Under the pieces are notes generated by a model. It was given only the letters and a program-made list of their open reading frames with translations. It was not told the origin of the DNA and ran no database searches. This document shows positions 25,749 through 34,622 of a stretch of DNA of 36,275 nt, in pieces. The DNA is from a virus (taxonomy: Duplodnaviria > Caudoviricetes). The stretch covers positions 1-36,275 of IMG/VR virus record IMGVR_UViG_3300010373_000093; one strand, given 5' to 3'. The translations under genes and the position numbers were made by a program. Position 1 is the stretch's first letter, and each line of letters starts with the position of its first letter.

Positions 25749-27913
25749 GCTTCAGGTTCCTCTTGACTGGACTGTCCGGGGAATGGTTTTTGTGTACTGC
25801 CGGCTCCCGGTGGACCTTTGCCAAAACCGGGCTTGCCGCCAAAGGGCGGTTTGTTACCAGCCTGAGCGCCGGCCTTGATTTCCATTTCTGTCTGTTCGGG
25901 GTCGTGATAGCCCGGTGGGGGAGTTGGCTCAAAGCCATGCTGTTCGGCAAGCTGCTGCGCCTGTTCCTGATCCTCTTGCATTTTATCCTCAGCATCCTGA
26001 AGGATTTGCTGAGCATCCTGTTCGTCGAAATCATCTACCTTGGTCATAAAGGCCATTGGTGGCACAATCGATTGCACATTACCAGCCACGTAAGCCGAGT
26101 ACGCTTGCGCCTTCTGAAGAAGTATTTGCGCCTTCTGAAGCTTGGTCTGGGCGTCCAGGTCCGGCCACTTGCAATACCACTGTTTGGGCTTGGGCAGAAT
26201 GCCAATAAGGATAAAGCGCTCAATTAGAGGGACGATGATACGAGGCGTCACATGCGTTACTTGCCGATGGCGCACACGATCATTCCAGGTTGAATCGTCT
26301 TGGTTACTGGCTAGCTCGCCCCGCTCGCTACCTTTGAAAACGCGCACGGGAATCGTTAGCTCGATACAGATAGCTTCGATCTGTTTATCAACTTGCTGGG
26401 TGGGATCGACCACCGTAGGCGATAAGACCTTGGCCGACATGCCAGTTAGCTGCAAGTAGCGCTGAAGACCGTTCCGGTACTGGCCCATCATGGAGCGCAC
26501 AGCCGTTTGGTCGATCAGCACGTCGCCGCCAAGGTTCGGGTTGGTTTCTAGGCTAAGGCCAGGGAACGCGCCGGCCCAGTACATTTCCGCTGAACCGCCA
26601 TACAGTTTGCGCAAGTCTAGCAAGCGGTTGTAGACAGGTTGCATGCGCGGCACGCCGAAGATTTCTGAGTTTCTCAGATTGTCGGCTATATGAATGACGC
26701 GGGACCAGTGGACTCGGACAGTCGCAAGAGGTAATCCAATTCCCGTATGAGGCTGGGATGGGTCGTTAAGGGTAACGAGGTACATAAGGGGTTGTCCGAA
26801 GCGCGGATTTCGGATGTTGGCTTCGTACTGCACAACTTGAACCATTGACTCATCGAAGACGCGGATATAGAGGAGTTTTCGAGTAGGCTGTCCAGGATTT
26901 CCTGGCGCAAACTCGTCAGAGGGTGGATACTCGGAACTGGAAGGGAGGAAGGGCAATCCGCTATCGTCCTCATCATCCGCTTCTTCATCTCCTTCATCCG
27001 GCGCTTGTGTTTGCGAATCTTCTTCGCTCTGCGCTTGGCCCGTGCCAACGTCTTCTTGTTCTGGCTCATAGCCTCCCCCTTTCATGGGACTCGTTGGATT
27101 ACCACCGTGATAGCTTGTGGGAGTGAACTGAGTACCAAAATACTGCGCGTCCGTGCCCATCGTGGACGAAAGCTGTTGCTCCTGTGGCTGTTCGCCATAA
27201 ATGGACTTTGACAGCACGTCCTCAGCGCTTGTACCCTGTTGCCCGACTTGGCCTGGATTCGTCACTTGCGCGGTTTGGGCTTGGGGGTCGATAGGCGTTT
27301 GGCCGGCTGGAGAAGAAGCGTTATCGGCTGGCGTCACGGTGGCATAGGGGTTGCCATCGGGCGGAAAGCCAGCGACAGGCGCTTGTAGTTCTAACCCGTC
27401 GTCGATACCAAGAAGCATGATGCCGAACGTACCAATACCAGACAGAATGTCGGCGCGGCAGCAGTAGTTCCAGAGGGGATGGCCGCCAAAGGCCGAATCA
27501 TACGTGGTGTTCTGACCGTTCAGAGATTTAACAAGGTCAAGAATCGCTTGCTTGAAAGGTGTCTCTAAGGGACTACCGTTCTCGTCTACCTTATCGGGAT
27601 CGGTGTTCTCTTCGTCGAATATCTCTGGCTGGACTTGCCACGTCTCTTTGGGCCAGACATTGACAACCCGCTCGGCTACCCCTTCTCGCGCATATAGAGC
27701 GCGGTAGTAGTCAATAGGCAGATACTCGCCGGAAGGGTAGTTACATTCTTCGTCGATATTGCGCCGGCCATCGACAAGCCTATCGAGGAACTGCCCACGC
27801 GCAAGGAACGAATTGGAAACGAGTTGTTCCAACAAGTTCAGGGCGAAGGGATCGGGCAAGCCACCGGAGGATCGTTTGGTAACTTGCCCGACTGGAGAGT
27901 TGGATTTGGACAT
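25745..27913 (-). CDS. Portal protein (DUF1073 type) with long low-complexity insertion
   Basis: YAREGVAERVV..WPKETW, RADILSGIG.FG, VHWSRVIHIAD, IPVRVFKGSERGELAS.QD, W.DL motifs; AGGAG RBS. Confidence 0.88.
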   Translation of the reverse strand: MSKSNSPVGQVTKRSSGGLPDPFALNLLEQLVSNSFLARGQFLDRLVDGRRNIDEECNYPSGEYLPIDYYRALYAREGVAERVVNVWPKETWQVQPEIFDEENTDPDKVDENGSPLETPFKQAILDLVKSLNGQNTTYDSAFGGHPLWNYCCRADILSGIGTFGIMLLGIDDGLELQAPVAGFPPDGNPYATVTPADNASSPAGQTPIDPQAQTAQVTNPGQVGQQGTSAEDVLSKSIYGEQPQEQQLSSTMGTDAQYFGTQFTPTSYHGGNPTSPMKGGGYEPEQEDVGTGQAQSEEDSQTQAPDEGDEEADDEDDSGLPFLPSSSEYPPSDEFAPGNPGQPTRKLLYIRVFDESMVQVVQYEANIRNPRFGQPLMYLVTLNDPSQPHTGIGLPLATVRVHWSRVIHIADNLRNSEIFGVPRMQPVYNRLLDLRKLYGGSAEMYWAGAFPGLSLETNPNLGGDVLIDQTAVRSMMGQYRNGLQRYLQLTGMSAKVLSPTVVDPTQQVDKQIEAICIELTIPVRVFKGSERGELASNQDDSTWNDRVRHRQVTHVTPRIIVPLIERFILIGILPKPKQWYCKWPDLDAQTKLQKAQILLQKAQAYSAYVAGNVQSIVPPMAFMTKVDDFDEQDAQQILQDAEDKMQEDQEQAQQLAEQHGFEPTPPPGYHDPEQTEMEIKAGAQAGNKPPFGGKPGFGKGPPGAGSTQKPFPGQSSQEEPEA

Positions 27914-27943
27914 GCTCCTTATGCGAGGCGGGGTGAGCCGGTC

Positions 27944-28282
27944 TTAGGAGTGAAAGCCTTTCTTAGCCGCAGCCGCAACCGCTTCGGCCTGTTCAGTCTT
28001 CTGCGCCTGTCCGACTTGGTAGGGCATCCAGCAGCAATAGTGACCTTTGGGGCGCTCCTCACCATCTTGGATCAAGGGAACGCTCGTTGCCGAGCAAGGT
28101 TTACCATTGGGATCGAGGTAGCCAAGATTAACAAGCGTAGCAGACCAGACAAATGCAATTTGCGCGGAAAGTGGTCCGGTGTACGTACCAGATACAGCAT
28201 CGTAAATGTAGTAGTGGACAACGCGGCCAACGGTGGGAGGAATCTTAACACTCACTTGAGTCTCCTGAGTTCGGTTTGGCAA
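27944..28282 (-). CDS. Conserved phage hypothetical protein (PTVGRVVHY family)
   Basis: PTVGRVVHYY...VNL...WMPYQ motif pattern. Confidence 0.7.
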   Translation of the reverse strand: MPNRTQETQVSVKIPPTVGRVVHYYIYDAVSGTYTGPLSAQIAFVWSATLVNLGYLDPNGKPCSATSVPLIQDGEERPKGHYCCWMPYQVGQAQKTEQAEAVAAAAKKGFHS

Positions 28283-28755
28283 TCGAGTATGTCTTGGGCC
28301 AGCCAGTCAAGCCTACTTTTCTGGGCGTCCAGGTCCAGAGGCTTTGACTCTCTACGATGCTGGCCCGTTGCCTCATCTAATGATATCAAGCTCTGCATTA
28401 AGGGGATAGATCGAATCCGCTGAAGTTGCTCCAGTTGGTACAGTGTCTCATGGAGCCAGTTATATTCGGTCTGGACAATGCGAAGGCGCGTCAGCCAGTA
28501 GCTCACTTTAAGCCTATCAAGTTCTTCCTGCTTCGTTGGTGGAGGCCATTCGGGACCGGCCTTGTCGCGGCCAGAATAGGTCCAACCATCTTGGAAAAGC
28601 AGCCGGCCCTTAAATCGTACCGGGTCGCCGCCATGCTGCGCCTTGAACTCCTCAAAGTACGCATCCCAATCGAGAGAAAAGCCCAGGCTAAAGCTAGGGT
28701 CAAGGTCGAAGCTCTCGTCGGACTGATCGTAAGGATTCTGAACAGGTATTGGCAT
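28252..28755 (-). CDS. Hypothetical protein
   Basis: 167 aa; fits the operon packing. Confidence 0.65.
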   Translation of the reverse strand: MPIPVQNPYDQSDESFDLDPSFSLGFSLDWDAYFEEFKAQHGGDPVRFKGRLLFQDGWTYSGRDKAGPEWPPPTKQEELDRLKVSYWLTRLRIVQTEYNWLHETLYQLEQLQRIRSIPLMQSLISLDEATGQHRRESKPLDLDAQKSRLDWLAQDILDCQTELRRLK

Positions 28756-28757
28756 GG

Positions 28758-29087
28758 CTAAGCAGTGCGGCGCTTACATTCGTGGCAGATCGTTTCCATT
28801 CCCAAAGGATCGTGCCTATGGCACCAGCGCGTAGAGCAGTGCGGACAGCGCGTCAGAACGGCATGGCAAAAGGGACAGACGCCACAATCTTCCTGGAAGG
28901 CCAGGTTATGCAGGTCCAAGGTTTCATTATCGTCGGTGAGAACAATCCGGTCCTCAAACCCAGTGGCACGTAGAATCTTCCGTATCTCTTCATACGCCTT
29001 GGTAGGCAGTGTGAGAACGGTAAACGTGTAAGGTTCTCCAGGCTTTCCGCGCTCAGGGAACTTCAGCGTTTTTTGGACTCGCGGCAT
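28758..29087 (-). CDS. Zn-finger protein
   Basis: Probable start MPRVQK (AGGAG RBS). C-terminal CPFC, CPHC, C..H and CHEC pairs. Confidence 0.6.
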   Translation of the reverse strand: MPRVQKTLKFPERGKPGEPYTFTVLTLPTKAYEEIRKILRATGFEDRIVLTDDNETLDLHNLAFQEDCGVCPFCHAVLTRCPHCSTRWCHRHDPLGMETICHECKRRTA

Positions 29088-29361
29088 TACGTCTCCTTTG
29101 ACGAAAATCTTCAGAAGAGCGGAACAACCAGCCGAAAATAAAACCAGTGGGCAAAAAGACAAACAGCCCTAAGAGAAAGCCTTGACGAAACGACTCCATA
29201 GCCATTTCGATAGCCAGAGAGCGTATTTCAGCTAAGGTCTGGAGTGTTTCAGCAGTCATTCTTTGACTCTCGGCATCGTAGGTCGTGTATTTCTTTGCGC
29301 ATCCTGACGGCTTAGTCGCCATAGTTCTGAAGCCAAGAACCGAGTAGGCGTATGTGGTCAT
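29053..29361 (-). CDS. Small single-TM protein
   Basis: GFLLGLFVFLPTGFIFGWLF segment; start uncertain. Confidence 0.5.
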   Translation of the reverse strand: MTTYAYSVLGFRTMATKPSGCAKKYTTYDAESQRMTAETLQTLAEIRSLAIEMAMESFRQGFLLGLFVFLPTGFIFGWLFRSSEDFRQRRRNAASPKNAEVP

Positions 29362-29512
29362 CCCTGCGCCAGAGGCGTATCTGCTGGACGAATACCGCCA
29401 GCATAGAGCCTAGCGCGAATCCCCAGCACAGCCCCCATACCATCGCTGTGCGCGCGGCCTCTTGAGCTATCTTGATGATCTCCAGTCGTAGGCTTTCCAT
29501 CTCCGGACTCAT
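29312..29512 (-). CDS. Small single-TM protein
   Basis: ATGA-coupled to dcd; VWGLCWGFALGSMLAVFV segment. Confidence 0.55.
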   Translation of the reverse strand: MSPEMESLRLEIIKIAQEAARTAMVWGLCWGFALGSMLAVFVQQIRLWRRDDHIRLLGSWLQNYGD

Positions 29513-30174
29513 TCTTTGATCCTCGACACGGTAACGCCGCGCTGGTTTTGGTAAATGCCACCCTTGTCTTTATAGCTGCGCTCTGGTATGGCATCGCCGA
29601 CGTGAAAACGAATCTGGCAGATGCCCTCCATGAAATGGACGCGCACAGGGCTATTGGCGTGATTAACGAGTTCGATGGTCAGGTTGCCTTCCCAGTCCGG
29701 CTCCAATGGCGTGACCAGTGGTTGTACAGCAACGCGGGCAATCGTAGACTTGCCCAGACAATCGGCCTGAAGAAAGCGCGGAATGCGCAGATACTCAAAG
29801 CTTGTACCCAGTACGCAACAGTGAGGATGGAGGATGAACGAGTTCACGTCCTCGCCATAGACGATGGTATCAAACATGCGCTTTTCATAGTCCGGATCGC
29901 GGAGCATCTTGGGATCGAGAATCTCTCCAAAGGTACTCTTAAATACCTTTAATTCGCGTCCTAGGCGCAGGTCGTAGCCGTAGTGGTTTAGACCGTAGGA
30001 CAACTTGCCCGGTCGGTCGCCGTAATCAGTAAACGGCTCGATCATGGGCAACGTAAAGGCATGGCGCTTGTGGGTCTGGGGACATTGGTAGCCGTAGATG
30101 GGTTTGTCCTCTGGGCCGTCGTAGGCCACTGGCAAGCAGAGGTTGCGAATTTGCCAGTCGGCGAGTAGCGTCAC
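29509..30174 (-). CDS. dcd: dCTP deaminase
   Basis: LSYGL..YGYDLRL, GKSTIAR, TPLEPDWEGNLTIEL, EGICQ and YQNQRGVT motifs. Confidence 0.92.
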   Translation of the reverse strand: MTLLADWQIRNLCLPVAYDGPEDKPIYGYQCPQTHKRHAFTLPMIEPFTDYGDRPGKLSYGLNHYGYDLRLGRELKVFKSTFGEILDPKMLRDPDYEKRMFDTIVYGEDVNSFILHPHCCVLGTSFEYLRIPRFLQADCLGKSTIARVAVQPLVTPLEPDWEGNLTIELVNHANSPVRVHFMEGICQIRFHVGDAIPERSYKDKGGIYQNQRGVTVSRIKE

Positions 30175-30410
30175 TGGTTGTCCCTTTCATAGATGGCTTG
30201 CCGTAAGTAAACGAGCAAGTCTAAGGCTTCTTCATAGGCATCGCGCAAGGCATCGCGGCCATTGTTGGGCTGTAGCGGTGTGCCGTAGCGTTTGCGTCCT
30301 ATTGTATCACGCTTTTGCATGTCCGCAATTACCAAGTCCCATACGGCAGGCTTGTCGTTAGGACTAGGCGCGGGCTGTTCGTGGTCGAGAAAGTGCGTCA
30401 AGCGGACCAA
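30171..30410 (-). CDS. Conserved small phage protein (possible all-alpha NTP pyrophosphatase-like)
   Basis: GRKRYGTPLQPNNGRDALRDAYEEALDLLVYL motif; adjacent to dcd. Confidence 0.65.
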   Translation of the reverse strand: MVRLTHFLDHEQPAPSPNDKPAVWDLVIADMQKRDTIGRKRYGTPLQPNNGRDALRDAYEEALDLLVYLRQAIYERDNQ

Positions 30411-30733
30411 CCTTTCCTCATCTCGGCGATGGTTACTGGGTCGTCCTTTCGATGACGGCCCATGCCTGGATCACCCGTCCAGTTGCTTTTACGCCAGCGG
30501 CTCATAGTAGAGGCGAAGCGCCATAGTGACCTCATAAACCCCCAGGTGAAGTGGCCCATGAAAAATCCAAGGAGCGCGTAGAAGCGCAGTGTCGCAGGCA
30601 CCATCGGATCGGCAGCGCCCAGTACGAAGCTGGGCCACGTCGGAACCGTCCCGTCACGTCGCTTTACAAGGTATTTGCCTTCGGGCGTCTCCGATTGCTC
30701 GCGGAACAGCCCGTTCAGTTGTTTCTTCATCAT
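30398..30733 (-). CDS. Conserved phage hypothetical protein
   Basis: GKYLVKRRDG...FVLGAADP...LRFYA motif; ATGA-coupled to the terminase nuclease gene. Confidence 0.65.
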   Translation of the reverse strand: MMKKQLNGLFREQSETPEGKYLVKRRDGTVPTWPSFVLGAADPMVPATLRFYALLGFFMGHFTWGFMRSLWRFASTMSRWRKSNWTGDPGMGRHRKDDPVTIAEMRKGWSA

Positions 30734-31659
30734 CCGACTCCGGCTCTCGCCATAAGAGGTTTGGTGAGCATACAGTGTACGGCTACAACGAGCGCATCCG
30801 CTTCGTTGGGGCTGTGACCGATAATCTCGATAAGCGTTTTGGTTTTGGAGTTAGGGTCTTTCTTGTTCTTGGGAGGTAGGAACAAGCGCCCTTCCTCATC
30901 ATAGGACAATGGGAACGCGGTCAACTCTTCGCGCAAGGTTGTGTACTGGGCAGGAATGGCAAAGCCCTTGTTCACGGGGTCGAGTAGGACGCGCAAGTTG
31001 CCGTACATCTCGGCGCGGCGGTTCTTGAAGCTATAGCGTTCCTCGCGGTTTACGATGCGCTCCTTCACTTGCGTCTCGCCATACTTGATGGGTACAAGGA
31101 TTGGCTCGCCAAAAGCTACTGTGCGCACTTTGTATCCTATGCGACGCAAGTAGTCGGCATGTTGCTTCCCACCACCACCGCGATCCAGGCAAACCTGTTC
31201 CGGTTGCAGTTTGTATCTACGCATCAGGTCCAGGCAGATCGTGGGAATGGCCGTTGTGTCGGGAGTCTTGGCTGAAACCATTTCGATGAGGCCGAGTTCG
31301 TCAATGACAGCAAAGCTACTGTCTTCTTGCCCTTCGCCGGGGTCGATACCGAGTGCCTTGGCTCGCCGTGAGCGATTTTCCAGGTGTAGCCGACGTGCCA
31401 GGGTTGCCGCACGATTGAGCCACAGGCCAGGGAACATCTTGAGTTCCGCGCCTTCATAGAACTCAGCATCCAGGCCGATACACTGGCGTATCAAGTCCCA
31501 CGTCGAGCGGCGCTTTTGGTAATCGTACCACGAAAGAACGCCGGGAACGATCATCTTATTAGAGGGTCGTTTCCCAGCGCGCTTTTCGGCTAGTCCCAGA
31601 ATGACATTGGGGCTATGCTCGGCCTTGATCTGGATTACCTTGCGGTAGTATTTGGTCAT
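30730..31659 (-). CDS. terL: Terminase large subunit, C-terminal part (linker plus RNase H-like nuclease)
   Basis: SPNV...VPG, LGIDPGEG.D, LDRGGGG, FKNRRAEMY and SPNEADAL motifs. Confidence 0.88.
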   Translation of the reverse strand: MTKYYRKVIQIKAEHSPNVILGLAEKRAGKRPSNKMIVPGVLSWYDYQKRRSTWDLIRQCIGLDAEFYEGAELKMFPGLWLNRAATLARRLHLENRSRRAKALGIDPGEGQEDSSFAVIDELGLIEMVSAKTPDTTAIPTICLDLMRRYKLQPEQVCLDRGGGGKQHADYLRRIGYKVRTVAFGEPILVPIKYGETQVKERIVNREERYSFKNRRAEMYGNLRVLLDPVNKGFAIPAQYTTLREELTAFPLSYDEEGRLFLPPKNKKDPNSKTKTLIEIIGHSPNEADALVVAVHCMLTKPLMARAGVG

Positions 31660-31662
31660 CCC

Positions 31663-32172
31663 TTAGATGGGCTTATCAGGTCCGCGCTGAAACACAGTTG
31701 ACCCTTGATGTGGATGAGCTTCCTTACTCGTTTCCACGTCTTTCATGCGCTCGGCTTTACAACGTGGGCAATCGCAGAGCATACCATCGCTGGCATCGAC
31801 TGTGCCCGTGGTCTTTTTGAGAATCTCAACCTTGGCCTGAAAGTCTTCGGGGCTATCGGCCTCAATTTCCATTATATGCACATCTGCCCCAGACTTGAGC
31901 GCTTCAACGATCTGATCTTGCACGGATTTGGGCAAGGTCTTGAATGACTCTAACTTGACCTCTAGGTGTGGCTGCGCGACACGTAGTCCAAGCAAACAGA
32001 CCTTTTCGACTTCCTTGGCTTCCAGAAGATCAATTGGCTCCGTGCCAACCCAGCAGTTCTTGCGCCGGTTGCCGTTCTTCGTTTTGTAGAAGCTCACGGC
32101 TGCTTTGATGCCGTGTTTTTGGTAGAGCGCTTCCAGTTCGGCTTTGAACAGCTTGTTGTCGGGATCGTTCAT
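31663..32172 (-). CDS. Hypothetical protein
   Basis: 169 aa, AGGAG RBS, CDCPRC motif. Confidence 0.65.
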   Translation of the reverse strand: MNDPDNKLFKAELEALYQKHGIKAAVSFYKTKNGNRRKNCWVGTEPIDLLEAKEVEKVCLLGLRVAQPHLEVKLESFKTLPKSVQDQIVEALKSGADVHIMEIEADSPEDFQAKVEILKKTTGTVDASDGMLCDCPRCKAERMKDVETSKEAHPHQGSTVFQRGPDKPI

Positions 32173-32181
32173 GGTGTCTCC

Positions 32182-32565
32182 TTAGCGTCCAGGGCCACGG
32201 GTTGTCATATCCGCCAGTCCAGAGCGAATGGCAGGAACGGGAGCTACGTAAGGCTGTTCGGCTGAGGCTGAGCCAGTGCCTACCTCTTTTGGTTCTGGCT
32301 CGACCGGCACGAACTTGGCGGCGAAGTCACCTACCGAACAGGTGAACCATTCACCCGCGTCATTGCCGTCTAGTCCTTCGTAGACGATGCGTAGCTGCTT
32401 GGTGCCGCCATCCCACGCCACGCCCAAGATTTTATAACGTCCGCAAGCAACACGCACAGGGTTTGAGCCACCACTTTTGTCCTTGAACCAAGGGGCATAA
32501 CGGTAGATCGTCCCCGGTGTGAAATCCATTTGCGTTCGCTGCTTGATACGTTTGATCTTGGTCAT
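32182..32565 (-). CDS. DUF1653-like protein
   Basis: GTIYRY...YKILGVA...IVYEGL...WF...F.KF pattern. Confidence 0.6.
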   Translation of the reverse strand: MTKIKRIKQRTQMDFTPGTIYRYAPWFKDKSGGSNPVRVACGRYKILGVAWDGGTKQLRIVYEGLDGNDAGEWFTCSVGDFAAKFVPVEPEPKEVGTGSASAEQPYVAPVPAIRSGLADMTTRGPGR

Positions 32566-32586
32566 GGCTCCCCTCCGCTCTTAGCA

Positions 32587-32949
32587 CTAGCCGATTATAC
32601 CATAAAGGACTGCGGCTATGGCAAGTGTTTGACACAGTGATAAATCGGCTGGTGTCCGTTCTTTGCCGTAGAAGTAGGTGCGAGCAAGTAAGTGCGTGAG
32701 CCGCTCGCTGCCAATGTTCTTGGCCATCATTTCCATGCCGTAGGACTTCGAGATGCGCTTGGCGGACACGGGCAAACCAGCCGTATGAACGCCGCGCTCA
32801 TGTAGTTCCCAGACGACATAAGCACAAAAGCGCTCTCCTAACTCCCTGGCTTGTTTGTTGAGGGGTTGCATCCACGGACCAAAGAGCGGTTTGGTTTCGT
32901 CGGTCTGAGGCTGTTCTACAGTTGCGACAATGCGCTTACTCATGTCCAC
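32587..32949 (-). CDS. Hypothetical protein
   Basis: 120 aa; fits the operon packing. Confidence 0.6.
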   Translation of the reverse strand: MDMSKRIVATVEQPQTDETKPLFGPWMQPLNKQARELGERFCAYVVWELHERGVHTAGLPVSAKRISKSYGMEMMAKNIGSERLTHLLARTYFYGKERTPADLSLCQTLAIAAVLYGIIG

Positions 32950-33140
32950 CTTTCAAACCTTAGAGGCGCTTGGCACTTGAGAAAGTAGCTTGTACCATCC
33001 CATGTATTGAGACACTCGACCAAACCTGTTTGTGTATTGGCTCGTATCGAGTAGTGGGGAGAAAGGTCTTGACCTTGGGCGTCATAAAGTACCCCTAAAT
33101 CTCCCTCATCATAGGCAAGATTGTACCAACGCTCAGGCAT
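32940..33140 (-). CDS. Small hypothetical protein
   Basis: 66 aa, short overlaps with both neighbours. Confidence 0.55.
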   Translation of the reverse strand: MPERWYNLAYDEGDLGVLYDAQGQDLSPHYSIRANTQTGLVECLNTWDGTSYFLKCQAPLRFERWT

Positions 33141-33666
33141 CGTCCTTTTTCACCACTTCTTGACGCGCGGCGTTGGTAATCGTGACTCTGCCGCCTTCCA
33201 GCGCGAACCAAGGATGATCTTTGATGAGATAGCGGATACCACCCTCCGTCATGTCGAGAAGCGTAGCCAGCACGGTACAAGAGGTCGGACCATTGGCGGC
33301 GATATACTGGACCAACTTCTCCCGGTTCGCTTGGCCTTGTGCCGAAGGGTGCGCACCCTGACTAGGCGAAGAGGGTTTCGGCTTGGGCTTTGTCTCCAGG
33401 TCGGTATCGTACTCAGTATCGTCTTCCTGATCGTCGGTAGGATTAAAGACGTGTAGACGTGCTGAGCGCTTCGTTGTCCCACCTTGCTTGGGAGGAATTG
33501 GACTACATTGCGCTTCTTTTTGGATAAACTCACTCTTAAATCGCTTAAGAATGGCCAGGCGCGATTCAAGACCGGCAATGATGCCGTCGAGACTCGTTGG
33601 GTCAGTGAGAAGGTCGAGAGCGGCCAGAGTAGGGGCGATGTGAGCGGACTGCGAAGTAGCTGCCAT
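33133..33666 (-). CDS. Coiled-coil plus C-terminal winged-HTH protein
   Basis: REKLVQYIAANGPTSCTVLATLLDMTEGGIRYLI pattern. Confidence 0.65.
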   Translation of the reverse strand: MAATSQSAHIAPTLAALDLLTDPTSLDGIIAGLESRLAILKRFKSEFIQKEAQCSPIPPKQGGTTKRSARLHVFNPTDDQEDDTEYDTDLETKPKPKPSSPSQGAHPSAQGQANREKLVQYIAANGPTSCTVLATLLDMTEGGIRYLIKDHPWFALEGGRVTITNAARQEVVKKDDA

Positions 33667-33708
33667 AGCTACAAACCTTTCGGTTGGAGGGGAGGGCGCT
33701 GGTGGAAG

Positions 33709-34305
33709 TTAATCAGCAAGTAGGTCGCCGGCTTTCACTCCTTTATAGAAGAAGTTACTGCACGGGTTGGGATTACCAAAGACGAGTTTCTTTTTAGCCC
33801 ATGTGTCCATCTGTGTATAGACCAAATCGTCAACGCCCGATGCTTCATCAACTACACCGAGCGTAAAAGCCGCGTGATGTCCGGCCATACCTTCGCCCTT
33901 TTCGCTAACCATACCTCTAAGGTAGCTAATGGGGTCGATGAGTCCTGTATCGAGGTCGATCTTGCGCACATCGCGGTGATTGACGAGCAGGCTACCGCCT
34001 TCCTTACTGTCGAGCGGGTAGGCAGCGGTTTGCACATAGCGCATAATCTCGCCCCAGAGTACGCGCAGGTGGTCGTCTTTAACGGATGTGTTTATAACGC
34101 GACAGGGCTGGTGCGTCAAGAAATAGGCCAGGCAGATAAAACCTGCCACGTAGTCTTTACCAAGCATGTTACCAGCGACAACAAAAGTCTCATCGGCGTC
34201 CTCAAACACCGATGAGATAATCTCGCGCTGCTGGCGATAGAAGACCACATCCGGCCACAGGACACGCTTGAGAACGAATGGGTCTTGAAGGTCACTTGGG
34301 TTCAT
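33709..34305 (-). CDS. terL: Terminase large subunit, N-terminal ATPase part
   Basis: Q motif FYRQQREII, Walker A VAGNMLGKD, Walker B GVVDEASG, coupling motif FGNP. Probable start ATG 34305. Confidence 0.9.
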   Translation of the reverse strand: MNPSDLQDPFVLKRVLWPDVVFYRQQREIISSVFEDADETFVVAGNMLGKDYVAGFICLAYFLTHQPCRVINTSVKDDHLRVLWGEIMRYVQTAAYPLDSKEGGSLLVNHRDVRKIDLDTGLIDPISYLRGMVSEKGEGMAGHHAAFTLGVVDEASGVDDLVYTQMDTWAKKKLVFGNPNPCSNFFYKGVKAGDLLAD

Positions 34306-34393
34306 TGTGACGTTTCGAGCGCCGGTCAAGCCAGTAGCCTAGCAGTAGCCCTAAGAAGGTTAGGCCAAAACCGTAGACGACGATGATTTCCAT
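34292..34393 (-). CDS. 33-aa single-TM microprotein
   Basis: Hand translated: MEIIVVYGFGLTFLGLLLGYWLDRRSKRHNEPK; AAGGGA upstream. Confidence 0.5.
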   Translation of the reverse strand: MEIIVVYGFGLTFLGLLLGYWLDRRSKRHNEPK

Positions 34394-34403
34394 AGGCTAT
34401 CCC

Positions 34404-34622
34404 TTAATTGGATTCATACCGCTGGAGAGAGCGCTGATGCATGTACTCGGCCCAGTCGTCTTTACCTTGAGGGTGAGACTTCTTTTTGAGCCACGCTTCG
34501 TACTCCTGCATCCGGCGCTTGTCGCGCTTGTCCATGAGCAGACAGACGACTATCGCTCCCCCCATGAGGAGAACGATCAGGCTGGTCAGAACCGCGTGAA
34601 ACATTGCTTGAATCTTTCTCAT
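34404..34622 (-). CDS. Small single-TM protein
   Basis: VLTSLIVLLMGGAIVVCLL followed by a basic tail. Confidence 0.55.
   Translation of the reverse strand: MRKIQAMFHAVLTSLIVLLMGGAIVVCLLMDKRDKRRMQEYEAWLKKKSHPQGKDDWAEYMHQRSLQRYESN

Noticed and set aside
25745-27913. Anti-CBASS Acb1 label sometimes attached to DUF1073 proteins
   Set aside because: Motifs and position indicate a portal, and no 2H-phosphoesterase HxT/S pair domain is evident.
31660-33708. Group I/II intron, intein, IS or ribosomal bypass explaining the terL split
   Set aside because: The interval is densely filled with ordinary ORFs. I saw no homing endonuclease, RT, transposase, intein termini, terminal repeats or in-frame matching take-off/landing codon. 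A covariance search is still needed to exclude an intron fully.
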